Assembly (NCBI GenBank): GCA_009886115.1
Contig: VFJJ01000080.1
Location: 1 to 40,507 of the forward strand
Reading direction: 5' to 3'
From: Actinomycetota bacterium
Lineage (GTDB): Bacteria; Actinomycetota; Acidimicrobiia; IMCC26256; VFJJ01
Length of the DNA stretch: 40,507 nucleotides
The translations under genes were made by a program, and so were the position numbers. The notes below the pieces were generated by a model. It saw only the letters and a list, made by a program, of their open reading frames with translations, did not search any database and was not told the origin of the DNA. Below are positions 28,279-37,722 of this stretch, piece after piece; positions within the stretch are counted from its first letter, which is position 1, and every line of letters starts with the position of its first letter.

Positions 28279-29514
28279 CTAGACCGCCGGCTCGACGACG
28301 AGGTGGAGCTCCTCCAGGCGGCGCAGGAAGAGGCTCGGCACCCATCGGGGTGCGCCGGCCCGGGGGTCGAGGCTGATCGAGCGGGTGCTCGCGAGCAGCT
28401 CCTCGACGGCGAGACGGGCTTCGAGACGGGCGAGCGGTGCACCCACGCAGTGATGGATGCCCCAGCCGAACCCCAACTGCCGGTTGGCGTTCGACCGGTC
28501 GAGGTCGATGCGGTCGGGGTCGGTGAACACCTCGGGATCACGGTTCGCCGCTCCCCACATGAGCAACAGCCGATCCCCCGGACGCAGCGCGACGCCGCCG
28601 ATCGAGCACGCGACACGCACATGACGGAAGTGCCCCCGGAACGGGGCTTCGAGGCGCAGCACCTCCTCGACGAACGCCGGGATGCGAGCCGGTTCGGCCC
28701 GGAGGAGCTGTTGCACGTCGGGATCGATGGCCAGGTGCAGGGCGCACGAGCCGGTGAGACCGGTCGTCGAGTCACTGCCAGCCCCGACGAGCTGGACGGC
28801 CATCGAAACGGCATCGTCGGCGTCGTACTCACCGGCCAAGACCGCGGCCGCGAGAGTGTCGATCACCCCGAGCGGTGGAGCGCCGTGTTCGACCCGCTCC
28901 TCGGCTGAGGTCAGACGCTCACCGAGATAGGCGACATGGTCGGCGACGTGGGCCATGCACTGGGCGATCCGGGCCCCGTCGGCGAAACCGGACAGTAGCT
29001 CGATGCCGGCGTCCGACCAGAGCTTGAGTCGTTCGTGGTCGCTGTCGGGCAGGCCCATCACCAGCGCGATGGCCCGGATCGGCAGCATGCTCGACACCGT
29101 GTGCACCCACTCGACGTGACCCGTGGGGACCGTCGCGGCCAGGCGCTCGGCCACCATGGTCCGGAACTGGGGCTCCAGCCCGGCCATCGAGCCGACGCCG
29201 AACGGTCGGTTGAGGCTGCGCCGGTGCACGGTGTGGAACGGCTCGTCGGCTGTGGCCAGGACGTCGACGCCACCGCCGCCGCCGGCGTCGATGAGGATCT
29301 GCCGGCCAGCGTCGTCGACCATCACGAACGCCGTGAGGTTGTTGGAGAGCTCGACGGTACGCCCGATGGCGTCCATCACGTCGGCGTGACGGAGCACGAG
29401 GTACACGTCGAACTGCGGCACGCGGAACACCGGCTGCTCGATCCGTAGCCGGGCCCACGTGGGGTACGGATCGTCGAGCACCTCGGCAACGAACGGATCG
29501 AGCGCTGTCGTCAT
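28279..29514 (-). CDS. Cytochrome P450
   Basis: DPYPTWARLR, AGSDST I-helix, EEVLR and FGWGIHHCVG. Start at ATG 29514. Confidence 0.94.
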   Translation of the reverse strand: MTTALDPFVAEVLDDPYPTWARLRIEQPVFRVPQFDVYLVLRHADVMDAIGRTVELSNNLTAFVMVDDAGRQILIDAGGGGGVDVLATADEPFHTVHRRSLNRPFGVGSMAGLEPQFRTMVAERLAATVPTGHVEWVHTVSSMLPIRAIALVMGLPDSDHERLKLWSDAGIELLSGFADGARIAQCMAHVADHVAYLGERLTSAEERVEHGAPPLGVIDTLAAAVLAGEYDADDAVSMAVQLVGAGSDSTTGLTGSCALHLAIDPDVQQLLRAEPARIPAFVEEVLRLEAPFRGHFRHVRVACSIGGVALRPGDRLLLMWGAANRDPEVFTDPDRIDLDRSNANRQLGFGWGIHHCVGAPLARLEARLAVEELLASTRSISLDPRAGAPRWVPSLFLRRLEELHLVVEPAV

Positions 29515-29556
29515 GGCCTGATCGTCGCATCGTCGCCCGAATCTCGCCAGACACTC

Positions 29557-29609
29557 CCGTTCTTTGTGGCTGCGCCGGCTCCCAGCGCGGTCCTGGCCGC
29601 AAAGAACGG
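29557..29609. repeat. Palindromic ~51-nt intergenic element, copy 1
   Basis: CCGTTCTTTGTGGC-N25-GCCGCAAAGAACGG; a related copy is at 34480-34530. Confidence 0.7.
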
Positions 29610-29695
29610 TGGCGGGGGCCACGACGGGCGCGCGTCCCATCCGCGGCGCGAGGCTGCCGGCAACCGCTCGCTCAGATCTCATGAATGGAGCACCC

Positions 29696-30661
29696 GTGCG
29701 TACCATCCACTCGGCTGCCGACTGCACACCCGCGCTGTCGATCCACCTGGCCAACTTCGCGGCGCAGGCCCCGACCGCCGGCTGGGGCCATCTGATCGAC
29801 CGGGCCAAGGCCGCCGACGAAGCCGGCGTCGATCGTCTCTCGGTCTCCGATCATGTCGTCTTCGGCGAAGACCTGGAGGCCTACGGTCGGGCCGAGACAG
29901 GGGGCATGGCCGGAGGCAAGCAACCGACCGGCCCCGACGGGCAGTGGCTCGAACCGCTCACCGTGCTGTCGGTCATCGCCGGGGCCACCGAGCACGTGCG
30001 CCTCCAGACCGGGGTGCTGCTCGCTGCACTGCGTCGTCCGGTCGTGCTGGCCAAGGCTGCGGCCACGCTCGACGTTCTCTCGAACGGGCGGCTCGATCTC
30101 GGTGTGGGCGTGGGCTGGCAGCGCGAGGAGTACGAGGCGGCCGGGCTCTCGTACGACGGGCGCGGTGAGTTGCTCGACCACACCCTCGAGGTCATCCAGA
30201 CCCTCTGGCGTGACGTCCCCGCCCGCTTCGAGTCGGAACGGCTGAGCTTCGACCGGATCTACTGCGTCCCCCAGCCCGTCGACCCCGGCGGCGTTCCGCT
30301 GTGGATCAGCGGCACCTTGAACGCCAGGGTGATCAAGCGTGTGGCCCGCTTCGGCGCCGGTTGGATTCCCTGGGGTCCCGACATGACCGACCTCCCATCC
30401 AAGATCGCGATCCTGCGCGAGGCCATGAGCGCCGAGGGTCGCGATGCCTCGGGGCTCCAGATCCCCGGGAACCTCCCGGCGGTCAAGACCGCCGACGGGT
30501 CGCTCGAGCTCGGAGCCACCATGGCCGGGGTGCCCGCGCTCGTCGAGGCCGGCGTCACCGACTTCCGGCTCAACGGCGCCATCCCCGCGGAGCGCAACGC
30601 AGCCGTCGACATGCTGAGCCCGATCGTGGCCGCCTTCCGCAGCGCCGTCGGTCGGAAGTGA
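29696..30661 (+). CDS. LLM-class (probably F420-dependent) oxidoreductase
   Basis: VSDHVV, EPLTVLSVIAGAT, LAKAAATLDVLSNGRLDLGVGVGWQREEY, PQP and PLWISG. Start is GTG 29696 (GGAG SD) or ATG 29681. Confidence 0.9.
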   Translation: MRTIHSAADCTPALSIHLANFAAQAPTAGWGHLIDRAKAADEAGVDRLSVSDHVVFGEDLEAYGRAETGGMAGGKQPTGPDGQWLEPLTVLSVIAGATEHVRLQTGVLLAALRRPVVLAKAAATLDVLSNGRLDLGVGVGWQREEYEAAGLSYDGRGELLDHTLEVIQTLWRDVPARFESERLSFDRIYCVPQPVDPGGVPLWISGTLNARVIKRVARFGAGWIPWGPDMTDLPSKIAILREAMSAEGRDASGLQIPGNLPAVKTADGSLELGATMAGVPALVEAGVTDFRLNGAIPAERNAAVDMLSPIVAAFRSAVGRK

Positions 30662-30706
30662 TGCCGAGGGCGTCGAGCCGTCGCCGCGACGCTCGGCGGT
30701 AGGTCG

Positions 30707-31477
30707 GTGGAGGGTCTGGCCGGACGGGTCGTCCTGGTCACCGGGGCGACGAGCGGCATCGGACGGGCCACCTGCGAGCGGCTCGGACGCGAGGGCTCGC
30801 TCGTCGCCGTCGTGGGTCGTCGAGCGCACGTGGGCATCGAGATCGCCGCCGCCATCACGCGAGCCGGGCCGGGACGGGCGCTGTTCGTCGAGGCCGACGT
30901 GCGTGACGAGCAGGCGGTGACGGCTGCCGTGGAGCGCGTCGTCGGCGAGCTCGGGCCCGTTGGCGGCGTTGTCGCTGCTGCCGGCGCGACCAACATCGCC
31001 GGCGACATGCGCGACATCGCCGACGTCACGCTCGAGACGTTCACCGACGTGGTGTCGACCAACCTCGTCGGCACCTTCCTCGTCGCCAAGACGACGCTCC
31101 CCGTCCTGGCCGCCGCCCCCGCCGGCGGGGCACTCGTCACGATCGGATCGACGGGCGGCCTCACGGGCCACGGGCTGGGTCCGGGCTACACCGCGAGCAA
31201 GGGAGCGATCGTCGCGCTCACCCGGCTGTTGGCGGTGCAGTACGGCCAACGCGGCGTCAGGGTCAACTGCATCTGCCCAGGACCCACGCGCACCGAGGGC
31301 ATGGGCGCTCCATTCAGCGACCCGGAGCTGGCAGCTCGCGCCGGGCGCCGTATCCCGCTCGGACGGGTCGGCGATGCCAACGAGGTCGCCGCGCTCGCCG
31401 CGTTCCTCGTGAGCGACGATGCGTCGTACCTCACAGGGCTCGTGCTCGCGGCCGACGGCGGTCTCACCGTGACGTGA
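30707..31477 (+). CDS. SDR oxidoreductase (basic residues after beta2 suggest NADP)
   Basis: TGATSGIG, VVGRR, YTASK, VNCICPG. Confidence 0.92.
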   Translation: MEGLAGRVVLVTGATSGIGRATCERLGREGSLVAVVGRRAHVGIEIAAAITRAGPGRALFVEADVRDEQAVTAAVERVVGELGPVGGVVAAAGATNIAGDMRDIADVTLETFTDVVSTNLVGTFLVAKTTLPVLAAAPAGGALVTIGSTGGLTGHGLGPGYTASKGAIVALTRLLAVQYGQRGVRVNCICPGPTRTEGMGAPFSDPELAARAGRRIPLGRVGDANEVAALAAFLVSDDASYLTGLVLAADGGLTVT

Positions 31478-31523
31478 CCGCCGCACCGCCGCAACGCCGC
31501 ACTGTCACCCGCACCCGCACCCG

Positions 31524-32471
31524 TCAGCGGGCAGCTGTTCCGAACACCGCGGCCGTGTCGTGCTTGGGAAAACGGTCGCAGCGGTCGAACCAGCGGCGCA
31601 ATTCACGGTCGACGGCCACGAACGTCCCCACCTGGAAGCGCATCCCGGCGAAGGCGCTCGTGTCGTCCTTCAGGAGCTCGTCGGCCAGTGTCTCCTGGAG
31701 CTTCAGGCGCTGGGCCCGGCCCCGGCTGTCGGGCGTCGCGAACACGTAGAAGCTCTGCGACCCGCTCGGTGTGGGAGTGGAGGTGAACAAGCCCGAGCTG
31801 TCGACATCGCCGGTCGTCACATACGAGACGGTGTTCGTGCCGGTGACCCGGATGCGTTGCTGAAACCGCATCCCCATGGCCGGCGACACGAACTCCATGT
31901 CGTACTCGACGTGGTACGGATCACCCCAGCTGATCACCCGGGGGTCGAACTCGAACACCAGGCCGTGCACGTATCGCAGATGGGCGAAGTCGAACGAGTT
32001 GCCGAGGATCACCCACGGCTCCACCGGGAACACGACGGTTCGCTTGGCCTTGACCGCGAGCCCTGCGTCGTCGTGGTCGCGGATCCCCGGGACGTCGAAG
32101 AGCGGCTCGGAGCCGTTGTAGATCCATACCAGTCCCCACCGCTCCCGGACCGGGAAGCTGAACACCTTGGCCGCCTTGGGGATCCGGCCACCCGAGGGGA
32201 TCGACCTACAGCGCCCGTCGGGGCCGAAGCAGAAGTGATGGAACAGGCACTGCAGATCGTCACCCACGAGCGCTCCCCGGGAGAGGTCGGCACCCATGTG
32301 GGGACAGCGACTGCTCAATGCCACCGGCGATCCGTCAGCCGCTCGGTACAGCGCCACCCGGCCGCCGAGCACGTCGACGCCGACCACACGTCCGGCGTCG
32401 ATCTCCGACGCCAGGCAGACCGCATACCAATTCTGGTCGTGACCACCCGGGCGCCGATACGCCTGTGCCAT
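31524..32471 (-). CDS. Rieske non-heme iron oxygenase alpha subunit
   Basis: CPH...CLFH Rieske motif; NSFDFAHLRYVH mononuclear-iron motif. Confidence 0.88.
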   Translation of the reverse strand: MAQAYRRPGGHDQNWYAVCLASEIDAGRVVGVDVLGGRVALYRAADGSPVALSSRCPHMGADLSRGALVGDDLQCLFHHFCFGPDGRCRSIPSGGRIPKAAKVFSFPVRERWGLVWIYNGSEPLFDVPGIRDHDDAGLAVKAKRTVVFPVEPWVILGNSFDFAHLRYVHGLVFEFDPRVISWGDPYHVEYDMEFVSPAMGMRFQQRIRVTGTNTVSYVTTGDVDSSGLFTSTPTPSGSQSFYVFATPDSRGRAQRLKLQETLADELLKDDTSAFAGMRFQVGTFVAVDRELRRWFDRCDRFPKHDTAAVFGTAAR

Positions 32472-32497
32472 GCCGTTCCCCGTTCCCCCGCCTCGGT

Positions 32498-33094
32498 TCA
32501 ACCGCTGCCGCCGCCGCCAAGACCGTATTCGGCGGCGACCGCTTCGACGTCGATCATGTGGCCGTCGAGCATGCGTATCGGTGGGCCGTCGGCACTATCG
32601 GCCGGGTCGAAGAGCCAGGCGACCACGGCCGCCACGGTTGCGACACCAGCCGCCCCCGGCTCGACGAACACGACGTGCACCCCGCTCGGAGCGAGCTCGT
32701 CGACGAGAAACCGCAACAGGCGCGCTCGGGCCGGCGCAGCCAGGGTGACGGGCGCAGGCGAGCTCGCCGCCTCGGCCAGGCCCACGAGCACGAACGCCGC
32801 GTCGGGCCCCTGCAAGGGTTGGGTCCGGGCGATCTGCAGCGGCCCGGCGACGTTGCGCGCCAGCGCATCCTCCACGGTCGCCGCCGGTCGGGGGCATTCC
32901 ACCACCACATTCACCACATTCGCCGCCGGACCGACGGCCTGAGCCCCCGGCGCTGCCGCATCGAGCGTCTCGTCGACGACGTGGAAACCCAAGCGCCGCA
33001 TGTGCTTCGAGCATGCACGGGTCAACGGGTCGTCGCCGGCGCTCCCCGCGATGAGCGCGCGTGGGGGAACCGGGCTCGGCTGTGCTCCCGTCAT
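32498..33094 (-). CDS. Degenerate SDR-like (Rossmann) protein
   Basis: RALIAGS at the N-terminus, ARNVAGPL, ELAPSGVHVVFVEPG and VAAVVAWLFD follow SDR architecture, but there is no GxxxGxG or YxxxK. Confidence 0.55.
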   Translation of the reverse strand: MTGAQPSPVPPRALIAGSAGDDPLTRACSKHMRRLGFHVVDETLDAAAPGAQAVGPAANVVNVVVECPRPAATVEDALARNVAGPLQIARTQPLQGPDAAFVLVGLAEAASSPAPVTLAAPARARLLRFLVDELAPSGVHVVFVEPGAAGVATVAAVVAWLFDPADSADGPPIRMLDGHMIDVEAVAAEYGLGGGGSG

Positions 33095-33290
33095 GACGCT
33101 CGATCGATGTCGACTCGCTTCACCCGCGCACCTGCGCCACGCACCCGATCTCGAAGCGTCAGGACATCCCGGCACCCTACTCACGAACACCCCGCCCGCA
33201 GCCGCGCCGGCTGCGCTCGTTGCCGTCGGAGGGGGCTGGGCGTAGCGTCCCGACCATCGCTCGTCAGTCAGGGACCGGCTGGAGGCTGCC

Positions 33291-34463
33291 ATGGCTCGCT
33301 ACTACCACGTCATCTCCGGCGACGGCCACGTCGAGACCCCTCCCGAGAGCTGGGCGAAGTACGTCCCCGAGAAGTGGCGGGAGCGAGCGCCCCGGCTGAT
33401 CAGGCTCCCCGATGGCGGCGAGGGGTGGATCGTCGAGGGCCAACCGATGCTGCACAACGGCCAGAACATCACCGGTGGACGACCGGTGCGGTTCCGCAAC
33501 GACAGCTACTACAACCCCGACGGCTCTCCCGCTCCCGGCGCCGGATCCGGGACCCAACGCCTCCGGGAGCAGGACCTCGACGGGATCGACGCCGAGGTGC
33601 TGTTCCCGCCCGTCTTCGCCAGTCGCTTCCTCGAGGGAATCAACGACAGGGACGTGTACCTGTCGATGATCCAGGCGTACAACACGTTCCTGGCCGACGA
33701 CCTCTGCTCGGTCGCTCCCGACCGACTCATCGGCAACGCCATCATGCCCGTCTGCGGCCTCGAGGAGGCTGTGGCCGAGCTGGAACGGGTCTCCCGCATG
33801 GGTATCCGGTCGGTGAGCTTCTACCAGTTCCCCAACGGGACCGGCGCCCCCATGCCCGAGGACGACCGGTTCTGGGAGAAGGCCCTCGAGCTCGGTGTGC
33901 GTCTCAGCCCGCACTTCGGTTTCGGGTTCCTCCGCTCCGACCCCGGTCTTCCCGGTGCCGGGACCGGCCATCAGCCCGTTGCCGCAGCGCTGTGCCAGCG
34001 CGCGGGTGCCCATGCCCCGATCTACTGCATGGCTCAGGTGATCACCTCGGGCGTGCTCGACCGCTTCCCGACGCTGGAGATGTACTTCGCCGAGACGAAC
34101 ATCCACTGGCTCCCCGGATCGATGTACATGCTCGACGACAGCTACGCGCTGTTCAAGGAGTGGTTCCGGCTCGACTGGGAGATGTCGCCGAGCGAGTACT
34201 GCCTGAAGCACTTCCACTGGGGCATCATCCGCGATCCGGTCGGTCTCGCCATGGGTCCCGAACGCATCCCGTTCGACAGGGTGATGTGGGGCACCGACTT
34301 CCCCCACTCCGTGGGATCGTTCCCGGAGTCGCGCCGGCACCTCGACGAGGGCTTCGCGCCGCTCACCGAGGAGATCCGCCGCAGGGTGGTGCTGGAGAAC
34401 CCGGCCCGCTACTTCGGTCTCGATCTCGCGGCGCCCATCACCGAGACGCCGACATCGGGCTGA
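33291..34463 (+). CDS. Amidohydrolase family protein (amidohydro_2)
   Basis: ISGDGHVE, RLREQDLDGIDAEVLFP, SGVLDRFP and MWGTDFPH; GGAGG SD. Confidence 0.9.
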   Translation: MARYYHVISGDGHVETPPESWAKYVPEKWRERAPRLIRLPDGGEGWIVEGQPMLHNGQNITGGRPVRFRNDSYYNPDGSPAPGAGSGTQRLREQDLDGIDAEVLFPPVFASRFLEGINDRDVYLSMIQAYNTFLADDLCSVAPDRLIGNAIMPVCGLEEAVAELERVSRMGIRSVSFYQFPNGTGAPMPEDDRFWEKALELGVRLSPHFGFGFLRSDPGLPGAGTGHQPVAAALCQRAGAHAPIYCMAQVITSGVLDRFPTLEMYFAETNIHWLPGSMYMLDDSYALFKEWFRLDWEMSPSEYCLKHFHWGIIRDPVGLAMGPERIPFDRVMWGTDFPHSVGSFPESRRHLDEGFAPLTEEIRRRVVLENPARYFGLDLAAPITETPTSG

Positions 34464-34479
34464 CCGCGGGGACCCCTCC

Positions 34480-34530
34480 CCTTCTTTGTGTCTCACACCG
34501 CGTGTGGCGCGGCGCTGGACACAAAGAACG
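34480..34530. repeat. Palindromic ~51-nt intergenic element, copy 2
   Basis: TTCTTTGTGTC-N25-GACACAAAGAA, between convergent genes. Confidence 0.7.
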
Positions 34531-34535
34531 CGGAT

Positions 34536-34913
34536 TCAGCGCAGGCCCACCAGGTCGACGACGAAGATCAGGGTCTCGCCGCCCTTGATCACGCCGCCCG
34601 CACCGCGGCTGCCATACCCCAGGGCCGGCGGGATCGTGAGCTGGCGGCGCCCACCGATCTTCATGCCCTGCACGCCCTGATCCCAACCGACGATCACCTG
34701 CCCGGCTCCGAGCTTGAACTTGAAGGTCTCGTTGCGGTTCCAGGAGGCGTCGAACTCCTGGCCCGTCGACCAGGCCACCCCGAGGTAATGGACCTCGGCG
34801 ATCTTGCCCTTGACGGCTTCTTCGCCATCACCGACGACGAGGTCGTCGGCAACGAGCTGGCCCGGCGCTTCGCCTGCGGGCACGGTGACGATGGGTCGGC
34901 TGATCTCGGTCAT
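34536..34913 (-). CDS. FKBP-type peptidyl-prolyl cis-trans isomerase
   Basis: VHYLG...FDASW...VIVGWDQG...GGRRQLTIPPALGYG...LIFVVDL. Confidence 0.95.
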   Translation of the reverse strand: MTEISRPIVTVPAGEAPGQLVADDLVVGDGEEAVKGKIAEVHYLGVAWSTGQEFDASWNRNETFKFKLGAGQVIVGWDQGVQGMKIGGRRQLTIPPALGYGSRGAGGVIKGGETLIFVVDLVGLR

Positions 34914-34992
34914 GGCGGTCACCGTAGTCGCAGGCCTCGCGAGTCCCGGGGCCCGAGCCTCTCGGACGAGCCTCCCGCGGGGTTGCCGTTGG

Positions 34993-35490
34993 TCAGTGGG
35001 CCAGGGCGGCGGCCAGCAGCGACGAGAAGGCTCCTCGATCCGCATCGAACCGTGTCGGCTGCGCTGCATGCGCCGGCGGCGACATCCGCCACGATGCCGA
35101 GCCGCGCGACGTTGTCGCCCGACGAGCCGGCGCACAGGCCGTCAGATCGAGATCGATCGTCGTGCGGTAGCGACGCATCACGGTCGCGGTTCGCTCGTCG
35201 AACGGGCGCCCGGCACCCATCGGCGCCTCGTGCGCCTCGTGCGCCTCGTCACCCGGGCGCGCACCAGCCGCAGTCTGGGCACGGTCAGCCTCAACCTCGG
35301 CCTCGGGAGCACCCGGGAGGAGCGCGACGTAAGCGCGACGCACGGCGTCGAACGCGCGCCGGTCGCCACCGCGATCGGGGTGGGTCTGCTTGGCCAGCCG
35401 GCGGAACGCCTGCCGGAGCTCGTCTCGCGTCGCTCCCGGCGCGATGTCGAGCACCGCGTACGGGTCGCCGACGGCGCAACCCTCTGCCAT
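34993..35490 (-). CDS. J-domain (DnaJ-type) protein
   Basis: DPYAVLDI...AFRRLAKQTHPDRGG...AY, with an intact HPD motif. Confidence 0.85.
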   Translation of the reverse strand: MAEGCAVGDPYAVLDIAPGATRDELRQAFRRLAKQTHPDRGGDRRAFDAVRRAYVALLPGAPEAEVEADRAQTAAGARPGDEAHEAHEAPMGAGRPFDERTATVMRRYRTTIDLDLTACAPARRATTSRGSASWRMSPPAHAAQPTRFDADRGAFSSLLAAALAH

Positions 35491-35605
35491 TGCACGTCCT
35501 GTGCTTGTGTGACCCTCCCGATCCCTGGGAGGGCGAGCCGTTCCTTCGGCTCAGTGGTTCTGTCGGCCGGGACGGCCAGCGGTCAAGGAGCGCCGACCCG
35601 ATGCG

Positions 35606-37711
35606 TCATCCCGCGATGCCGACGATCGTGTCGTTGACGACGAACTCGGACGCCGAGCCTTCGAACGACGCCGCGCCGAAGGCGAAGATCCCGCCGTCCT
35701 CGGCAACCAGCCAGTACCCGCCGCGCGGGCATGCCAGCATTCCGGCGATGGGGGAGTTGAGCACCATCGAGCCCGTCGATCCGGCGAACGCCGCGTCGCC
35801 GAACGCGAAGATCCCGCCGTCCCGGGCAACCAGCCAGTAACCGTTGCCGCTGGCCGAGGCGGCCATCCCCACGATGGGCTGATTCAGCTTCATCGCCCCC
35901 GTCGAACCGAAGAACCCCGCGCCCGGACCGTACGAGAAGATCCCGCCGTCTCGGGCCACGAACCAGTATCCCGGCTTGGTGGCCGTGCTGGTCATGCCGA
36001 CCACCGGCTGGTTCAGGCGGAGATTGCCCGTGGAGCCGTAGAAGATCGCGTCACCGAACGAGAACACGCCACCGTCGCGGCCGAGCAGCCAGTATCCCTG
36101 CCCGCTCGGTGTGCCGGAGATGCCCACGATGGGTGAGGCCAGCGCGGCGCCGTTCATCGACCCGAAGAACCCCGCGTTGCCGAACGCGTACACCGACCCG
36201 CTGGCATCGCAGACCCAGTAGCCCTGTTTCGACGGGGTGGCTGCCATCCCGACGACCGGCGCCGATGGGGCCGACACCGCTCCCTTGAACGGCGCATTGC
36301 CGAAGGCGTACACCGCACCCGATCGGGCGACGATCCAGTAGCCGTCGATCCGGGGGAAGGTCACGCTGGCTCCGCCGGTGAACAGATCGAAGCTCGAGTA
36401 TGCCGCGCCGAGCACCTGTCCCGAGTCGGCGCCGAGCCACCGGTCGAGCATGGTGGCGTAGACCGATCGGAAGTCGACCGAGGCCGCCAGATTGCCGTTC
36501 CGGTCGGGACCGGCGAGGTTCGGCTCCTGGCCGTGCAAGCCGCCTCGAACCTTCTCGCCGATGACGAAGGCACAGCTCGCGGTGCCGTGGTCGGTGCCGG
36601 CCGAGTCGTTGCGCTTGAGCCTCCGACCGAACTCCGAGAAGGTCATGATCGTGACTCGACCGGTGTTGAGCGGCACGAGGTTGGCGTAGAACGCGTCGAC
36701 CGCGTTGTCGAAGTTGGCGAGCAGCGCTGCGTGGTCGGTGAGCTGGTTCGAGTGGTTGTCGAAGCCCCCGATCTCGACGCTGAGCACCCTGATCCCCAAG
36801 TTGGCGTTGATCAACCGGGCCGCCAGGGTCATCTGGGCAATCAGGTTCCCCCCGGGCAACGCCGGGGAATACAGCGGTGCGACCCGCTCAGCCTGGGCCA
36901 TGGCGACCCGGCCCGAGACCGCCCAGGTGTCAGCCCACCCGCCGAGCTGGGTGGTCGCCCCCCCGAAGGAGGTGACCGCGTCGAACATCCGAGCGTCCGA
37001 CGCATTGCGGCGATTCACACCGAAGAGGCTGCTGCCCTTGGTGGGCAACGCAGTCGCCCTGGTCGTACGGCCCGACATGTGCAACGGGACGTTGCCGCCG
37101 ATCGCGACAGCATTGAAGTTGTCGGACGCCGCACCGAGGCCGTCGAGGAAGCGCCCGATCCAGCCCGAGTTCGACGGGGGCACGCCGGCCGGGAGGCCCC
37201 GCATCCACAGCGCCATCGACGAGAAGTGGCTCAGGTCGGGGTTGTTGTAGCCGACCCCCCTGATCACCGCGACCTGGCCCCGGTCGTAGCGGGCCTTGAG
37301 CTTGGGCATCGCCGGATGCAACCCGTAGCCCGAGCCGATGTCGAGGACGTTGGCCGCGGGGATGGCCAACGGACCCCGATTCGTGAGGTAGCTGCTGTTT
37401 CCGTAGGGGATCACGGTGTTCAGACCGTCGTTGCCGCCGCTCATCATCACCAGTACCAGCACGGCCTGGGTCGTGCCAGCCACCGAGACGCTCTCACTGG
37501 CGCCGTCGGTCTCGGCGCCGTACGCCGTTCCGGTGACACCCAGGGCTCGTCCGACGCCCGAGGGCAGGCCCAGCGAGACCGCCGACACGCCGGCTCCGGC
37601 CGCCGACGACATCAGGAACTTGCGTCGCGACCATTCGTGCGGGCTGTCATCGGCAGGGAACGAGAGAGCGGCAAGGATCTGCTCCGTCGACACATCGTCG
37701 AGATTCGACAT
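35606..37711 (-). CDS. DUF1501-domain protein with Tat signal and six C-terminal GYW repeats
   Basis: SRRKFL twin-arginine motif; GGNDGLNT, LSHF, GGFDNH, FSEFGR, GTDHG and DFRSVYA; six GYW..DGG.F.FG repeats. Confidence 0.88.
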   Translation of the reverse strand: MSNLDDVSTEQILAALSFPADDSPHEWSRRKFLMSSAAGAGVSAVSLGLPSGVGRALGVTGTAYGAETDGASESVSVAGTTQAVLVLVMMSGGNDGLNTVIPYGNSSYLTNRGPLAIPAANVLDIGSGYGLHPAMPKLKARYDRGQVAVIRGVGYNNPDLSHFSSMALWMRGLPAGVPPSNSGWIGRFLDGLGAASDNFNAVAIGGNVPLHMSGRTTRATALPTKGSSLFGVNRRNASDARMFDAVTSFGGATTQLGGWADTWAVSGRVAMAQAERVAPLYSPALPGGNLIAQMTLAARLINANLGIRVLSVEIGGFDNHSNQLTDHAALLANFDNAVDAFYANLVPLNTGRVTIMTFSEFGRRLKRNDSAGTDHGTASCAFVIGEKVRGGLHGQEPNLAGPDRNGNLAASVDFRSVYATMLDRWLGADSGQVLGAAYSSFDLFTGGASVTFPRIDGYWIVARSGAVYAFGNAPFKGAVSAPSAPVVGMAATPSKQGYWVCDASGSVYAFGNAGFFGSMNGAALASPIVGISGTPSGQGYWLLGRDGGVFSFGDAIFYGSTGNLRLNQPVVGMTSTATKPGYWFVARDGGIFSYGPGAGFFGSTGAMKLNQPIVGMAASASGNGYWLVARDGGIFAFGDAAFAGSTGSMVLNSPIAGMLACPRGGYWLVAEDGGIFAFGAASFEGSASEFVVNDTIVGIAG

Positions 37712-37722
37712 GGCAGGCTCCC

